From: Candidatus Latescibacterota bacterium
Lineage (GTDB): Bacteria > Latescibacterota > UBA2968
Reading direction: 5' to 3'
DNA length: 64,000 nt
Assembly: GCA_965204375.1 (NCBI GenBank)
Contig: OZ241986.1
Location: 4,672,001-4,736,000 of the forward strand
In this document: piece after piece, positions 22,281-31,677 of the stretch
Position numbering within the stretch: the first letter of the stretch is position 1
Layout of the letters: each line of letters starts with the position of its first letter
The notes under the pieces: generated by a model
Database searches by the model: none
What the model saw: the letters and a program-made list of their open reading frames with translations, nothing else
Told to the model about the DNA's origin: nothing
Program-made: the position numbers and the translations under genes

Positions 22281-23588
22281 ATGGAGAACCTGATGCGTAA
22301 ACGGATACTGTCAGCTTTATCAACCATTGCACTTCTGATATACCCGCTATCTCTTTTCGCTTCTACCGCGCCTTCTCCAGACTTTAATGGCGATGGCAAA
22401 GTGGGTATTGCCGACTTTTTGCTCTTTGTAGATCAGTTTGGAAATCGTCAGGGTGATGGGAAGTATGAAGCGAAGTATGATCTGGATGGGGATGGTTTGA
22501 TTGGGATTGGGGATTTTCTGATTTTTGTCAACGACTTTGGCAAAGAAGTGCCTCCCTCTGATGGTGGCGATGAGGAGATGGTTGACATTCCAGATGCGAG
22601 TCTGCGCGCGATCATTGCATACAGTCTGGGCAAAGCGCGTGGTGCGACGATCACACGGGCAGAGATGGCGAGTTTGACCGTTCTTGAGGCACAGAAATTG
22701 AACATCAGCGATTTGAAAGGGCTGGAGTTTGCAACCAATCTAATATCGCTGGATCTTAATAGCAACTCAATCACGGATCTTTCACCTCTATCTAACTTGA
22801 CCAACCTGACATCGCTGAGTCTTGACAACAACAGCTTCTCGGACATTGCACCCTCCTTATCTAACTTAACCAACCTGACATCGCTGAGTCTTGACAACAG
22901 CAGCATCTCGGAAGTTGCACCCTTATCTAACTTGACCAACCTGACATTTCTGTCACTTGGTGCTAACCCAATTTCGGATCTTTCACCTCTATCTAACTTG
23001 ACCAACCTGACATCGCTGAATCTTGACAACAACAGCTTCTCGGACATTGCACCCTCCTTATCTAACTTGACCAACCTGACATCGCTGAGTCTTGTCAACA
23101 GCAGCATCTCGGAAGTTGCACCCTTATCTAACTTGACCAACCTAACATTTCTGTCACTTAGTGTTAACCCAATTTCGGATCTTTCACCTCTATCTAACTT
23201 GACCAACCTGACATCGCTGTGGCTTTTTCACTGCACAATAACAGATCTTTCACCTTTATCTAATTTGACCAGTTTGAGGGAACTCCAGCTTGGCAATTCT
23301 ATTTTTCCAATTTCTATATATAACAACTCAATAACGGACATTTCGGCATTATCTGGTTTGACCAGCCTGACAACGTTGGGCCTTGAGGCCAACTCAATCA
23401 CAGACCTTGCCCCTCTGGTTGAAAATACGGGATTGGGTGAGGGAGATAGAGTTTTTGTGAACAACAACCCGCTGAGTGCCACATCAATCAACAAGTACAT
23501 CCCAGCCCTTCAAAGCAGAGGAGTTGATGTGAGATTTGGTGCGTCAAAGCCAGCGGTAGAGGAGAATAGAGCAAGGCATGATATCTGA
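22281..23588 (+). CDS. Secreted dockerin/EF-hand-like domain plus internalin-like leucine-rich repeat protein
   Basis: Signal peptide, PDFNGDGKVGIADF and DLDGDGLIGIGDF repeats, IPDASLR cap, LSNLTNLTSLSLDNN repeats. Confidence 0.9.
   Translation: MENLMRKRILSALSTIALLIYPLSLFASTAPSPDFNGDGKVGIADFLLFVDQFGNRQGDGKYEAKYDLDGDGLIGIGDFLIFVNDFGKEVPPSDGGDEEMVDIPDASLRAIIAYSLGKARGATITRAEMASLTVLEAQKLNISDLKGLEFATNLISLDLNSNSITDLSPLSNLTNLTSLSLDNNSFSDIAPSLSNLTNLTSLSLDNSSISEVAPLSNLTNLTFLSLGANPISDLSPLSNLTNLTSLNLDNNSFSDIAPSLSNLTNLTSLSLVNSSISEVAPLSNLTNLTFLSLSVNPISDLSPLSNLTNLTSLWLFHCTITDLSPLSNLTSLRELQLGNSIFPISIYNNSITDISALSGLTSLTTLGLEANSITDLAPLVENTGLGEGDRVFVNNNPLSATSINKYIPALQSRGVDVRFGASKPAVEENRARHDI
22774..23219 (+). 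repeat. 201-bp intragenic tandem duplication (about 2.2 copies)
   Basis: cggatctttcacctctatctaacttgacc starts at 22774, 22975 and 23176. Confidence 0.9.
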
Positions 23589-23683
23589 GGACTGGGAGGC
23601 AAGGGATTATATTTATCGCGGACGGTAGGTCGCTTATCTACTTCATCTCCGTTACCCACTCGAAATTATAAGAGGATAAAGCA

Positions 23684-25396
23684 GTGAAAAGTCCATTCTC
23701 CATTCTACTCAGCTATGTTTCACTATCATTTTTCTTGACCTGCCTCTCTATTCTATTGACTGCAGGAGCGCAAGCCGATGAACCAGACCTTGCTGTCTGG
23801 CTAACCGAACACCCTCGTGTGTCCCAAGCCATCGCATGGGAAGATTCGAAAGGCATTACAACCTATCCCAACTGGTCTGCATCTCAGAAAGCGGACTTAT
23901 ACAGGACATTTCATAAAGTATGGAGTGCTCAATCTCTTGGTTTGACTGATCCGCCACCTAACATGCTGCAATTAGCAGACGATGGACCTGCCAGGATAGT
24001 ACTTTCTGAAGATCACGCTTGGCCATTGTTCTTGGCACATGTCTCATTCAGCCTTGCTGTTGAGACTGGACAGTGGGTACCGTGGTCGTTGACGGAGTAT
24101 TCAGATGAGGCTCTTTCGGAGTTATTCGATGGAAGCAAGATGTTCCAATGGGTTGATTTTTTTAAGGGTTACGAACCACCATTAAGGGGAATACCTGCTC
24201 CGCCTGATGTTACGTTCGAATTTGTGAACGAATACCTTATGATCGGACAGAGCAGGTTGGAGACAATTGGAAATCTCCTTGAGTGGTGTCGCGCAAAGAT
24301 GCATCACTTTTTCGGGAAGTTTAGGGCAGGAAATGTATATTCTCATTGGCAATACCGGGGGGGACCTCCGGTGTCGCGTGTCATTTCGGGTACAATCCGT
24401 GGGGGTAGTCGTTCCTCGAGACATTGGACAGCGGGTTGCCATGGGACTACGGCCTTTCTTCGTGCGGTATTGCGAGTCGTGAATATTCCGGTCAAAAATA
24501 TGATAGCTCGCAGGCACTCACTGCCCTACTTCATGACGGAGGGTAAGTACTTAAGCCATGGTGACGATCCTTATTCTGCGACTGTGAGTTCGAGTCCAGG
24601 ATACCCTATTGAGGAATTGTTCATTGATCAGACAACCTACGATGCGTGGTTTGGTCCCGGTGTGCCCCCGGAGAAGAGTAACGTTGGGCGCAGGACAGAA
24701 GATTTGGCGATTAAGTATCTGCCATTGCCAATGTTGAAAGCACACTGTAGAGACTTCATTCTGGGAATTCCGCATGCAAATAGTCAGGTGTACAATAACT
24801 ATTTGGAGCTATACCGTTTCTACACAGTAGAGGAACTAGAATCAATTAACTTTTGGAATAGAATGGAGGCTAAAATTGATGCTCTTGGAGGGTGTCCAAT
24901 AAAAACTCTCGGTCGGATCGCCCTTGATCCTCGAACGCCTACAATTCTGAAAATCTCAGGTCCGGTTACGTCGGCCGACAACCTACTCGTTGTTGAGGTC
25001 AGAGATAGTGAGGGACGGGTGATCGAAGATCATCTGGTGACGTTTTCTGTCACCTCCGGTGGTGGGACGCTGAGTGCAATACGCACGACGACGGATGCCG
25101 ATGGTAGAGCAGAGACACGTCTAACCCTTGGTCCAGATGTGGGAACGAACATCGTGTCTGCTATTGCCGCAGGAGCCGTAGAGCCAGTGACCTTTGTCGA
25201 TAAAGCTATGGCTATGCCCGACTTTGATGGCGATGGCATTGTTGGTATTTCTGACTTTTTGCAATTTGTCGAACAGTTTGGGTTCAGTCAGGATGACGAA
25301 GGATACGATGCGCGGTTCGATCTGGATGGGGATGGTTTGATTGGGATTGGAGATTTTCTGATTTTTGTTAACAACTTTGGCAAAAAAGTGTCATGA
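23684..25396 (+). CDS. Secreted protein: putative transglutaminase-like core, Big-1 Ig-like domain and dockerin/EF-hand-like domain
   Basis: Signal peptide; GCHGTTAFLRAVLRVVNIP...HSLP...HGDD; VTFSVTSGGGTLS...TTDADGRA; PDFDGDGIVGISDF. Confidence 0.7.
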   Translation: MKSPFSILLSYVSLSFFLTCLSILLTAGAQADEPDLAVWLTEHPRVSQAIAWEDSKGITTYPNWSASQKADLYRTFHKVWSAQSLGLTDPPPNMLQLADDGPARIVLSEDHAWPLFLAHVSFSLAVETGQWVPWSLTEYSDEALSELFDGSKMFQWVDFFKGYEPPLRGIPAPPDVTFEFVNEYLMIGQSRLETIGNLLEWCRAKMHHFFGKFRAGNVYSHWQYRGGPPVSRVISGTIRGGSRSSRHWTAGCHGTTAFLRAVLRVVNIPVKNMIARRHSLPYFMTEGKYLSHGDDPYSATVSSSPGYPIEELFIDQTTYDAWFGPGVPPEKSNVGRRTEDLAIKYLPLPMLKAHCRDFILGIPHANSQVYNNYLELYRFYTVEELESINFWNRMEAKIDALGGCPIKTLGRIALDPRTPTILKISGPVTSADNLLVVEVRDSEGRVIEDHLVTFSVTSGGGTLSAIRTTTDADGRAETRLTLGPDVGTNIVSAIAAGAVEPVTFVDKAMAMPDFDGDGIVGISDFLQFVEQFGFSQDDEGYDARFDLDGDGLIGIGDFLIFVNNFGKKVS

Positions 25397-25478
25397 CTTG
25401 AATCGTATCAGGACCAGGCGCGATATGGTCCCTCCTGTCAGTATAGGAATAGGACGTTAATTTTCTTAAACGCCATCC

Positions 25479-28400
25479 TCAAATCCCACTAAATTCCCGT
25501 CTTTCCGTCAGCCACAAACCCTTGGCGATGACCGTTTCGCCGGTGAATTTCTCCCAGTGTCTGGCATAGGTGTTCACCTGGTCGGACGTTTGTTCACACA
25601 GTGCCTGTACATCTTCGTCGGTTTTCACCACATTGGTTTTGTAATCGACGATTTTCCATCCTCCGGACAGGCGATAGACCAGATCGATGACGCCGCGGAT
25701 AATTTCGCTGGCGTTGTTCTCCGCTTGCGATACCGCAAAGGGGACTTCGGTATATACGGTTTCCGAAGTCTGTATTTCCTTCCATATCTCCGAGTTGCGA
25801 AAGTGCTGCAAGGCGTCCAGTGCATTCGGTAGAAATCCGGTGTCTGCTCCCGCTTCCTGTAGCAGATGCGCGACATAAGGTGTGGGATCATCGGGCAATC
25901 GCATGTTGATGGCATCGTCGAATATCTGGTGGATCACGGTGCCATACGCAGCTCCCTTACCCGCTGGTGTTGCTGATCGCCCTTCGTCCGTATATGTGAT
26001 GTCCGCCCGGTCATCTGTCACTTGCGCGATTTCAAAGGATTGTTTTTGCACGGCTTGCCAGAATTGATCTCTTTGCTCTCGTTCCATTTCTACAGACGGC
26101 GTTTTGGTTGATGGGGTTTCTGGGGTGGGTTGCGGTGAATGGTCGCCGTGCGCCAGTTCGGGCACGTTTTTTAGATGGGAATAGAGCGGCGACCACGGTC
26201 CATGGTCGGGTTTTTCCTCGTAGGTGGATATTATGAGCAAGTTTTCTGCGCGCGTTGCCGCTACGTAGAGCAATCGCAGTTCTTCGCTTTGCAAAAATCG
26301 CGTTTCTTCGACTTGGGCGTCTTCCCAACCCACAGGCTCGGCGACGACCTCGCGTTGATATGGTCCGCGGGGTTTTGTAATGGGCAATGCCAAAAAGGGT
26401 TCGTCGCGGGTACGGGATACGTGAAACTCGGGTCCATAACGCGTGTAACTCGTGTCATAGGGGTCGGCGAGGAAGACGATTTTGCCCTGTAATCCCTTAG
26501 CCTGGTGCAGGTTCATCAATCGCACGACGTCTTCCTGTGCGGAGGGGAGGGTCATTTGTTCAATTTTGTAGTCTCTGTCGTCAATGAGGGTGCGCAGTTC
26601 GGTTACCACCTGCCCCCAGTGCAATCCCTGCGCGCTCCATTCTCGGACGAGAGATAAGATGCGGATGAGATTGCCAGCATGTGTTTCACCCATGGGCAGG
26701 GTTCGCACAAAAGGCAGGAGGCCGAGTCTTTCTACACAGCGCGCTATGGCGGTATCGGGCGATAGGGATTGTAGCCATTCCGACGTTTTTTGGAGATGGT
26801 CATAAGCCTGCTCGAATGTTCGGCGCAATTCTCGATCCATTCCTTTGGGCAGATCGCGTGTCCAGTTGAAAACACCGCCTGCTTTTTTGAATTCATATAG
26901 GGAATCATCTCCCAAGCCGACGAGGTCTCCCCGCAAATAGGCGAGTAGTGGTAGCGGATTGTCGGGCATATAAACGGTTTCCAAAAAATTTGTGAGTGTA
27001 TGCAATACGTCTGCTTCGCCAAGGCGATCACCACCTGTGATGTCAAAGGGAATACCACACTTTTCCAGTGCCTGAGCGTAATGGGACAAATAGCCAGAGG
27101 TGCGCGTTAAGATGAGAAAGTCGCCCGGCGATGCGTTGGCCGTTTCTCCATTAATTTCTGTTTTGCCTTCTATGGCCGCTGCGATGAAGTTTGCAATTCG
27201 CGCGGCGTCTTCCTCTGTGATCTGGCTTCGGCTGTTGCGATAGACTTTGTCGATTGAGATTCGGCGGACCGCCATATTTTCGCCATCGGATCTGTATTTG
27301 AATAGCGGAGCAAATTCGGCTTGATAGGGTTTTTCATGCGCGGCGAACAGGGGTTCAAATGCCGCGTTGATCCAATCGCAGAGGTGGCCCAGTGAACGAA
27401 AGTTCGTGTTCAGGCCTACGATATCGCCATTGGTATTGTCAATGCGGTTGCGGACGAGGTCAAAGGTTTCGACATCTGCGCGGCGAAAGCGATAGATCGA
27501 TTGTTTGCCGTCGCCGACTAAAAATAAGCTGCCCGGGCGGGGTGTGAGTTTGCGCCAATCGGTTTCTTGCAGGTTTTCGCCGGTTAAATACAGCAATATT
27601 TCGGCCTGGATGGGATCGGTGTCCTGAAATTCATCTACGAATAGGCAGCGATAGCGATTCTGAAAGTGACGGCGCACTTCGGGGTGATCGCGCAATAATC
27701 GCGCGGCCAGTTCGAGGAGGTCTTGAAATGTAAGGCGACCGGTTTCGCGGCGGGTTCTGGCGTATTCTGCAACTGCGTCATCGACAAAGGGGGCAGCGAA
27801 TCGGTAGATGTATTGTCGCCATCTGGTGAGGGTGGGGTTGAGTATTTCGGTTTGAAATTCGGGGAATAAGGTATCTCGCAACCGCTTTGCAAAATCCTGG
27901 TTGGGCGTCCAGCTTTTCAGGGTGACACTGAGGTTTCCGGAAAGTATGTGCAAGAGGGCGATGCGATCCGCATCGGATTGTATCCCCCGGTTTGACAGGA
28001 ATAATCGCGCGCGCATCAATGCTGTCTGGAGGGCATCGCGTCTGCCGGGGAGTGGATCGGGGATATGGGCTTCTGTGTGTTGCAGAAAGGCTTCAAGTTC
28101 TGAAACTGCGGTCGATAGATCGGGTTTTTGTACTGGTTCGCTTACGAGCGGTACATCGCTGAACTGGTAGCGTCTTTGAAAAAATCCATACAGGTCTTCC
28201 GGACGCAGACCCAGTTCTTCAAATTTGACGAGTCGCGGGTCTTCGGATAGAAAACACTGTTGGACAAACGCGTCCCACGCTTCGCGGCGCATGACGGCTT
28301 CTTCGCGCTCTTCGACTTCTGAAAAGTCGGGTGGCAGGCCCGCTTCAACGGGGCGTTCGCGCAGTAATTGGCCGCAGAATGAGTGTATGGTGCCGATAAA

Positions 28401-28694
28401 GCATTGATCTACTTTTTCAAGTGCGTTTTGAATGCGCTTCAGGTCCTGACCGTCTGCTTTTTGGGCGCGCGATTTTAATTCACTGAAAAATCGCCCGCGC
28501 ATTTCACCTGCTGCTTTGCGCGTGAAGGTGATGGCGGATAGTTGATCCACGGGTACGACGCCTTTTTCCACGGCGTTCACCATCCGCTGCACCAGCGCAT
28601 AGGTTTTTCCCGCGCCCGCTCCTGCGAGTACCATCATATTGCGATCCAGTGCGTCGGCTATTTTATCGCGTGCTTGTTGATCTTGAAGGGTCAT
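25479..28694 (-). CDS. addA: AddA-like UvrD helicase/nuclease
   Basis: AGAGAGKT, TFTRKAA, VDEFQD, VGDGKQSIYRFR, HQAKGL, LYVAATRA, nuclease GVIDLV...VDYKT. Confidence 0.9.
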   Translation of the reverse strand: MTLQDQQARDKIADALDRNMMVLAGAGAGKTYALVQRMVNAVEKGVVPVDQLSAITFTRKAAGEMRGRFFSELKSRAQKADGQDLKRIQNALEKVDQCFIGTIHSFCGQLLRERPVEAGLPPDFSEVEEREEAVMRREAWDAFVQQCFLSEDPRLVKFEELGLRPEDLYGFFQRRYQFSDVPLVSEPVQKPDLSTAVSELEAFLQHTEAHIPDPLPGRRDALQTALMRARLFLSNRGIQSDADRIALLHILSGNLSVTLKSWTPNQDFAKRLRDTLFPEFQTEILNPTLTRWRQYIYRFAAPFVDDAVAEYARTRRETGRLTFQDLLELAARLLRDHPEVRRHFQNRYRCLFVDEFQDTDPIQAEILLYLTGENLQETDWRKLTPRPGSLFLVGDGKQSIYRFRRADVETFDLVRNRIDNTNGDIVGLNTNFRSLGHLCDWINAAFEPLFAAHEKPYQAEFAPLFKYRSDGENMAVRRISIDKVYRNSRSQITEEDAARIANFIAAAIEGKTEINGETANASPGDFLILTRTSGYLSHYAQALEKCGIPFDITGGDRLGEADVLHTLTNFLETVYMPDNPLPLLAYLRGDLVGLGDDSLYEFKKAGGVFNWTRDLPKGMDRELRRTFEQAYDHLQKTSEWLQSLSPDTAIARCVERLGLLPFVRTLPMGETHAGNLIRILSLVREWSAQGLHWGQVVTELRTLIDDRDYKIEQMTLPSAQEDVVRLMNLHQAKGLQGKIVFLADPYDTSYTRYGPEFHVSRTRDEPFLALPITKPRGPYQREVVAEPVGWEDAQVEETRFLQSEELRLLYVAATRAENLLIISTYEEKPDHGPWSPLYSHLKNVPELAHGDHSPQPTPETPSTKTPSVEMEREQRDQFWQAVQKQSFEIAQVTDDRADITYTDEGRSATPAGKGAAYGTVIHQIFDDAINMRLPDDPTPYVAHLLQEAGADTGFLPNALDALQHFRNSEIWKEIQTSETVYTEVPFAVSQAENNASEIIRGVIDLVYRLSGGWKIVDYKTNVVKTDEDVQALCEQTSDQVNTYARHWEKFTGETVIAKGLWLTERREFSGI

Positions 28695-31666
28695 ATCCCC
28701 ATCCAGCGATTCAGGCTGTCCAGTAAGGGCGCGAAGTCGGGGTCGTCGCCCATTTCTTCACGCGCGGCGGCGAGGGCGTTGGCGTCCAGGCGTTCTTTGC
28801 TGCAGACGCGGTTGTAGATGCAGTAGTCGCATTCCTGGGATTTTTGTATGTGAAAAAAGCTGCCGTTTTCTACCAGTTTGAGCAAGGGGCGCAACACATT
28901 GGCGAGTGTTTCGGGTGCTGGTGGCGTTTCTGAAAGCCGACGACCGTGTTCTCTGTCGCCGGGAAAGACGTAACCGGATAATTGTACGCGGCCAGGTTCG
29001 CGTTGTTGTCCCAAGATCGCATTCAGAGCATAAGCGTACAGTGCCCATTGCAGATGCGTGCCGCGTTTGAGCAGGTCCCGTTCGTCGTATTGTGCCATGG
29101 ATCCGGTTTTGTAATCCCAGATTACAAAGTTGTCGTCCACGCGATCTACGCGGTCAATGCGCCCGCGGATGCGAAGCGCGATGTCTTCTGCGAGTTCGAG
29201 TGTCACAGGGGGTTCGCAATTCAGCCCACCCGATTCGCCAAATCCGAAGCTCACTTCAAATCCGATGGGGTCGGCGTTTTTTTGCTCGGACTCGACGGAT
29301 AGAAATACTTGCGCGGCTTGCGATAGGCGTTTGACGTCGGCGCGATACGCCGCTTCGTGTTCAACGGGATGGGTTTCTTTTTTTGCTTCTATTTCTTTTT
29401 GTAGAAGTTCCTGGATAAGTGTTCCGTGTCGTTCGCGATCCGGGCGTTCGCCTCGCGCTTTCAGGAGTTGCATGAATTTGTGGAATAAGCTGTGTAACAG
29501 AGCGCCGTAAGACAGGGGGTCGAGCCATCGCGTGGGATCGGATTCAGTTTTTTCTATAGGCTGAATTTCGAGTACATGGTTCAAAAAATACCGGTATGGA
29601 CATCGGGCGAGCATTTCCAGTCTTGAGGGTGAAAATATGCGGTGCTGTGCGGTAATCGCCAACTCGGGTGTGGACTTACCGAGCCAGCCATCGTAGGTCG
29701 TCAATCCGTCCCATTCACGCGCGCGGCGCGCCTTTTGTCCAGCAACCAGATAGGGGAAGGTCTGATGCACAACGGATTTGTAGTCGGCAGAGGCGTGGTG
29801 CGCCAGCAAAGCCTCTGCGTCGTCCAGCGCCTGTGCAGAGTTTTCTGGCAGTGCGCGCACAATTACGGGGTCGATGTTCATCTGTTCGGCTGCTTGCTGA
29901 AAGAGTGCGGCGGGATAGCGTTCCCTGCTGTCGGATAGGCTTCGATGGCAGGACAATAATGTCACTTTGTTAGATGCCATGCCCAATACGCGAATGAGAT
30001 GCCACACTTGCTCGGCGGGTCGCGTGCGGCGCAGTTCCAGTTCACCGGATACGCCCGAGCGCTCGCCATCTAATAGTATTGGGTCTTCTGTTGCGCCACC
30101 GGGAAAGGTGGCTTCGTCCATGCCCGCGATGTAAATATGTGCGCGATTGGTGTATCCCGCGCGTGAGAGCGGGGCTATTGATAGATGCCCGGGTTTGGCT
30201 GCTTCGGCTTTGAAAGAAAGGTTGGCGGTCAGTTCAGATAGGCGGTTTGCCAGTCGGCGTACAGGGGCTTTGCGGCGCACGGATTGGGCCACATGGCGCA
30301 GGCGGTCCTGGATCGCGGTAAGGACCTCATCTTCGGCGTTTACAAAGTGCGCGAGAAATTGAAAGCCGGCATTGACCAGTGCGTTGAGCGATATACGGGG
30401 TCCGCTGGGGATTAGAGCGAATAAGCAATTGAGTTCTTCTTCAACGGCTTTGATTTCCCCAGGTGTTAATCCACGATGGCCGGTTTCCGAGTTTTCGGCG
30501 TCTCTATCGCGCAGGTCGGCTTTTATCTGGTTCAGGGTAGTAAAATAACGCCGAGGACCTTCGCCCTCGCCAATATGCGCGTGTTGGAGGACGGTTGCAA
30601 TTACAGGTGCGCCTTCAGAGGCGATCAGGCCCGCGCGGCACATCATTACGAGTTCGTCAGAGGGATATCCCGCGCTTATCCATTGGTAGAAGTTCACCAG
30701 TGCGCGACCGGTTCGGGTTGTTGATATGGGTATGCCTTCGGCAAATGTGGCGGGCAGGTCAAATCGCTGAACCGCATCGCACAACAGGCTCACATAAGGC
30801 ATTTCTGAGGTGTAGGCGATTTCGACGGTATCCAGGGGTATGGATCCCGATCTTATGTCGCGCAATACCTTGCTGATTTCTGTTTCGGTGCCGAGGGTTT
30901 CGCACAGTTGAATTTGAGATTTGTCTTTGGGGAACAATCTCGATTTAGATATGTTTCCGCCCACTCCGATTTTGCCCGTGTCAGTGGGATAGGGCGCTTT
31001 GGGAAAGCGTTTTGCCGCACTGTGTGGCGGGGGCGACATGCCCATAGTATCTCGACCGATGCGCCAGATAAGTCTCTGTGTTTTTTGGCTGAGATATTCG
31101 AATGCCAGTCTGGGTAATGGGGTTTCGTCCAGGATGGCATAGTGAGTATTTTGTGGGGGAGGATGGGTTTTTAGATGGTTCAACGCGCGTTGATACAATA
31201 CGGCGTTGTCGTAGAGGTTATCTCTTTCATAAGTCGCGCAATATGCCTGATAAAGTCGCTGTAATACCCGATGCCGCAGGCCTTTCCCAGAGAGCGAGTC
31301 GGGTTCCAATCCCGCTGCACGCAGGACGCGCAATGTGCGCAGAAATGGGCGCGTGAGCGCGGCTGCCTGTTGTGCGAAGTAATCATCATTGACTTCGCTC
31401 ACAGCCTGAGGAATCATTTCGTCCAACCAGAATAAGTCCGCGTCTTGCGCCATGCGCGCATGTCCTTCTGCGATGAGCAGGGCACCCGCATCTTTTTCCG
31501 CGAGACTGCGCGGGGTTTCGATTTGCAAGTTCAAATAGGAATATCCCGTTGCCGCAAGTGCGATTGTCAGGTCGTGTCCCACAGTCATGGTAGGGACTAT
31601 CAGGACCTTTGCGTCGATTGGATGCGCGTCACAAAACGCTTTCAGTTGTGCGAGGTGGTATTGCAT
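28691..31666 (-). CDS. addB: AddB-like PD-(D/E)XK nuclease subunit with Fe-S cysteines
   Basis: SPSRLE...CPYRYF, GRIDRVD...WDYKTG, CDYCIYNRVC; 4-nt overlap with addA. Confidence 0.85.
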   Translation of the reverse strand: MQYHLAQLKAFCDAHPIDAKVLIVPTMTVGHDLTIALAATGYSYLNLQIETPRSLAEKDAGALLIAEGHARMAQDADLFWLDEMIPQAVSEVNDDYFAQQAAALTRPFLRTLRVLRAAGLEPDSLSGKGLRHRVLQRLYQAYCATYERDNLYDNAVLYQRALNHLKTHPPPQNTHYAILDETPLPRLAFEYLSQKTQRLIWRIGRDTMGMSPPPHSAAKRFPKAPYPTDTGKIGVGGNISKSRLFPKDKSQIQLCETLGTETEISKVLRDIRSGSIPLDTVEIAYTSEMPYVSLLCDAVQRFDLPATFAEGIPISTTRTGRALVNFYQWISAGYPSDELVMMCRAGLIASEGAPVIATVLQHAHIGEGEGPRRYFTTLNQIKADLRDRDAENSETGHRGLTPGEIKAVEEELNCLFALIPSGPRISLNALVNAGFQFLAHFVNAEDEVLTAIQDRLRHVAQSVRRKAPVRRLANRLSELTANLSFKAEAAKPGHLSIAPLSRAGYTNRAHIYIAGMDEATFPGGATEDPILLDGERSGVSGELELRRTRPAEQVWHLIRVLGMASNKVTLLSCHRSLSDSRERYPAALFQQAAEQMNIDPVIVRALPENSAQALDDAEALLAHHASADYKSVVHQTFPYLVAGQKARRAREWDGLTTYDGWLGKSTPELAITAQHRIFSPSRLEMLARCPYRYFLNHVLEIQPIEKTESDPTRWLDPLSYGALLHSLFHKFMQLLKARGERPDRERHGTLIQELLQKEIEAKKETHPVEHEAAYRADVKRLSQAAQVFLSVESEQKNADPIGFEVSFGFGESGGLNCEPPVTLELAEDIALRIRGRIDRVDRVDDNFVIWDYKTGSMAQYDERDLLKRGTHLQWALYAYALNAILGQQREPGRVQLSGYVFPGDREHGRRLSETPPAPETLANVLRPLLKLVENGSFFHIQKSQECDYCIYNRVCSKERLDANALAAAREEMGDDPDFAPLLDSLNRWMGI

Positions 31667-31677
31667 GGGAATATTCC

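Noticed and set aside
22448-23206. 252-aa antisense repetitive ORF
   Set aside because: Shadow of the LRR gene
22774-23219. Regular repeats as a possible CRISPR array
   Set aside because: In-frame LRR coding repeats, no unique spacers, no cas genes
20105-25523. Prophage or classical integrative element
   Set aside because: No integrase, transposase, tRNA or phage gene seen
30930-30975. Possible repeat-derived insertion in AddB (VGGNISKSRLF)
   Set aside because: No clear hairpin or second copy in the window
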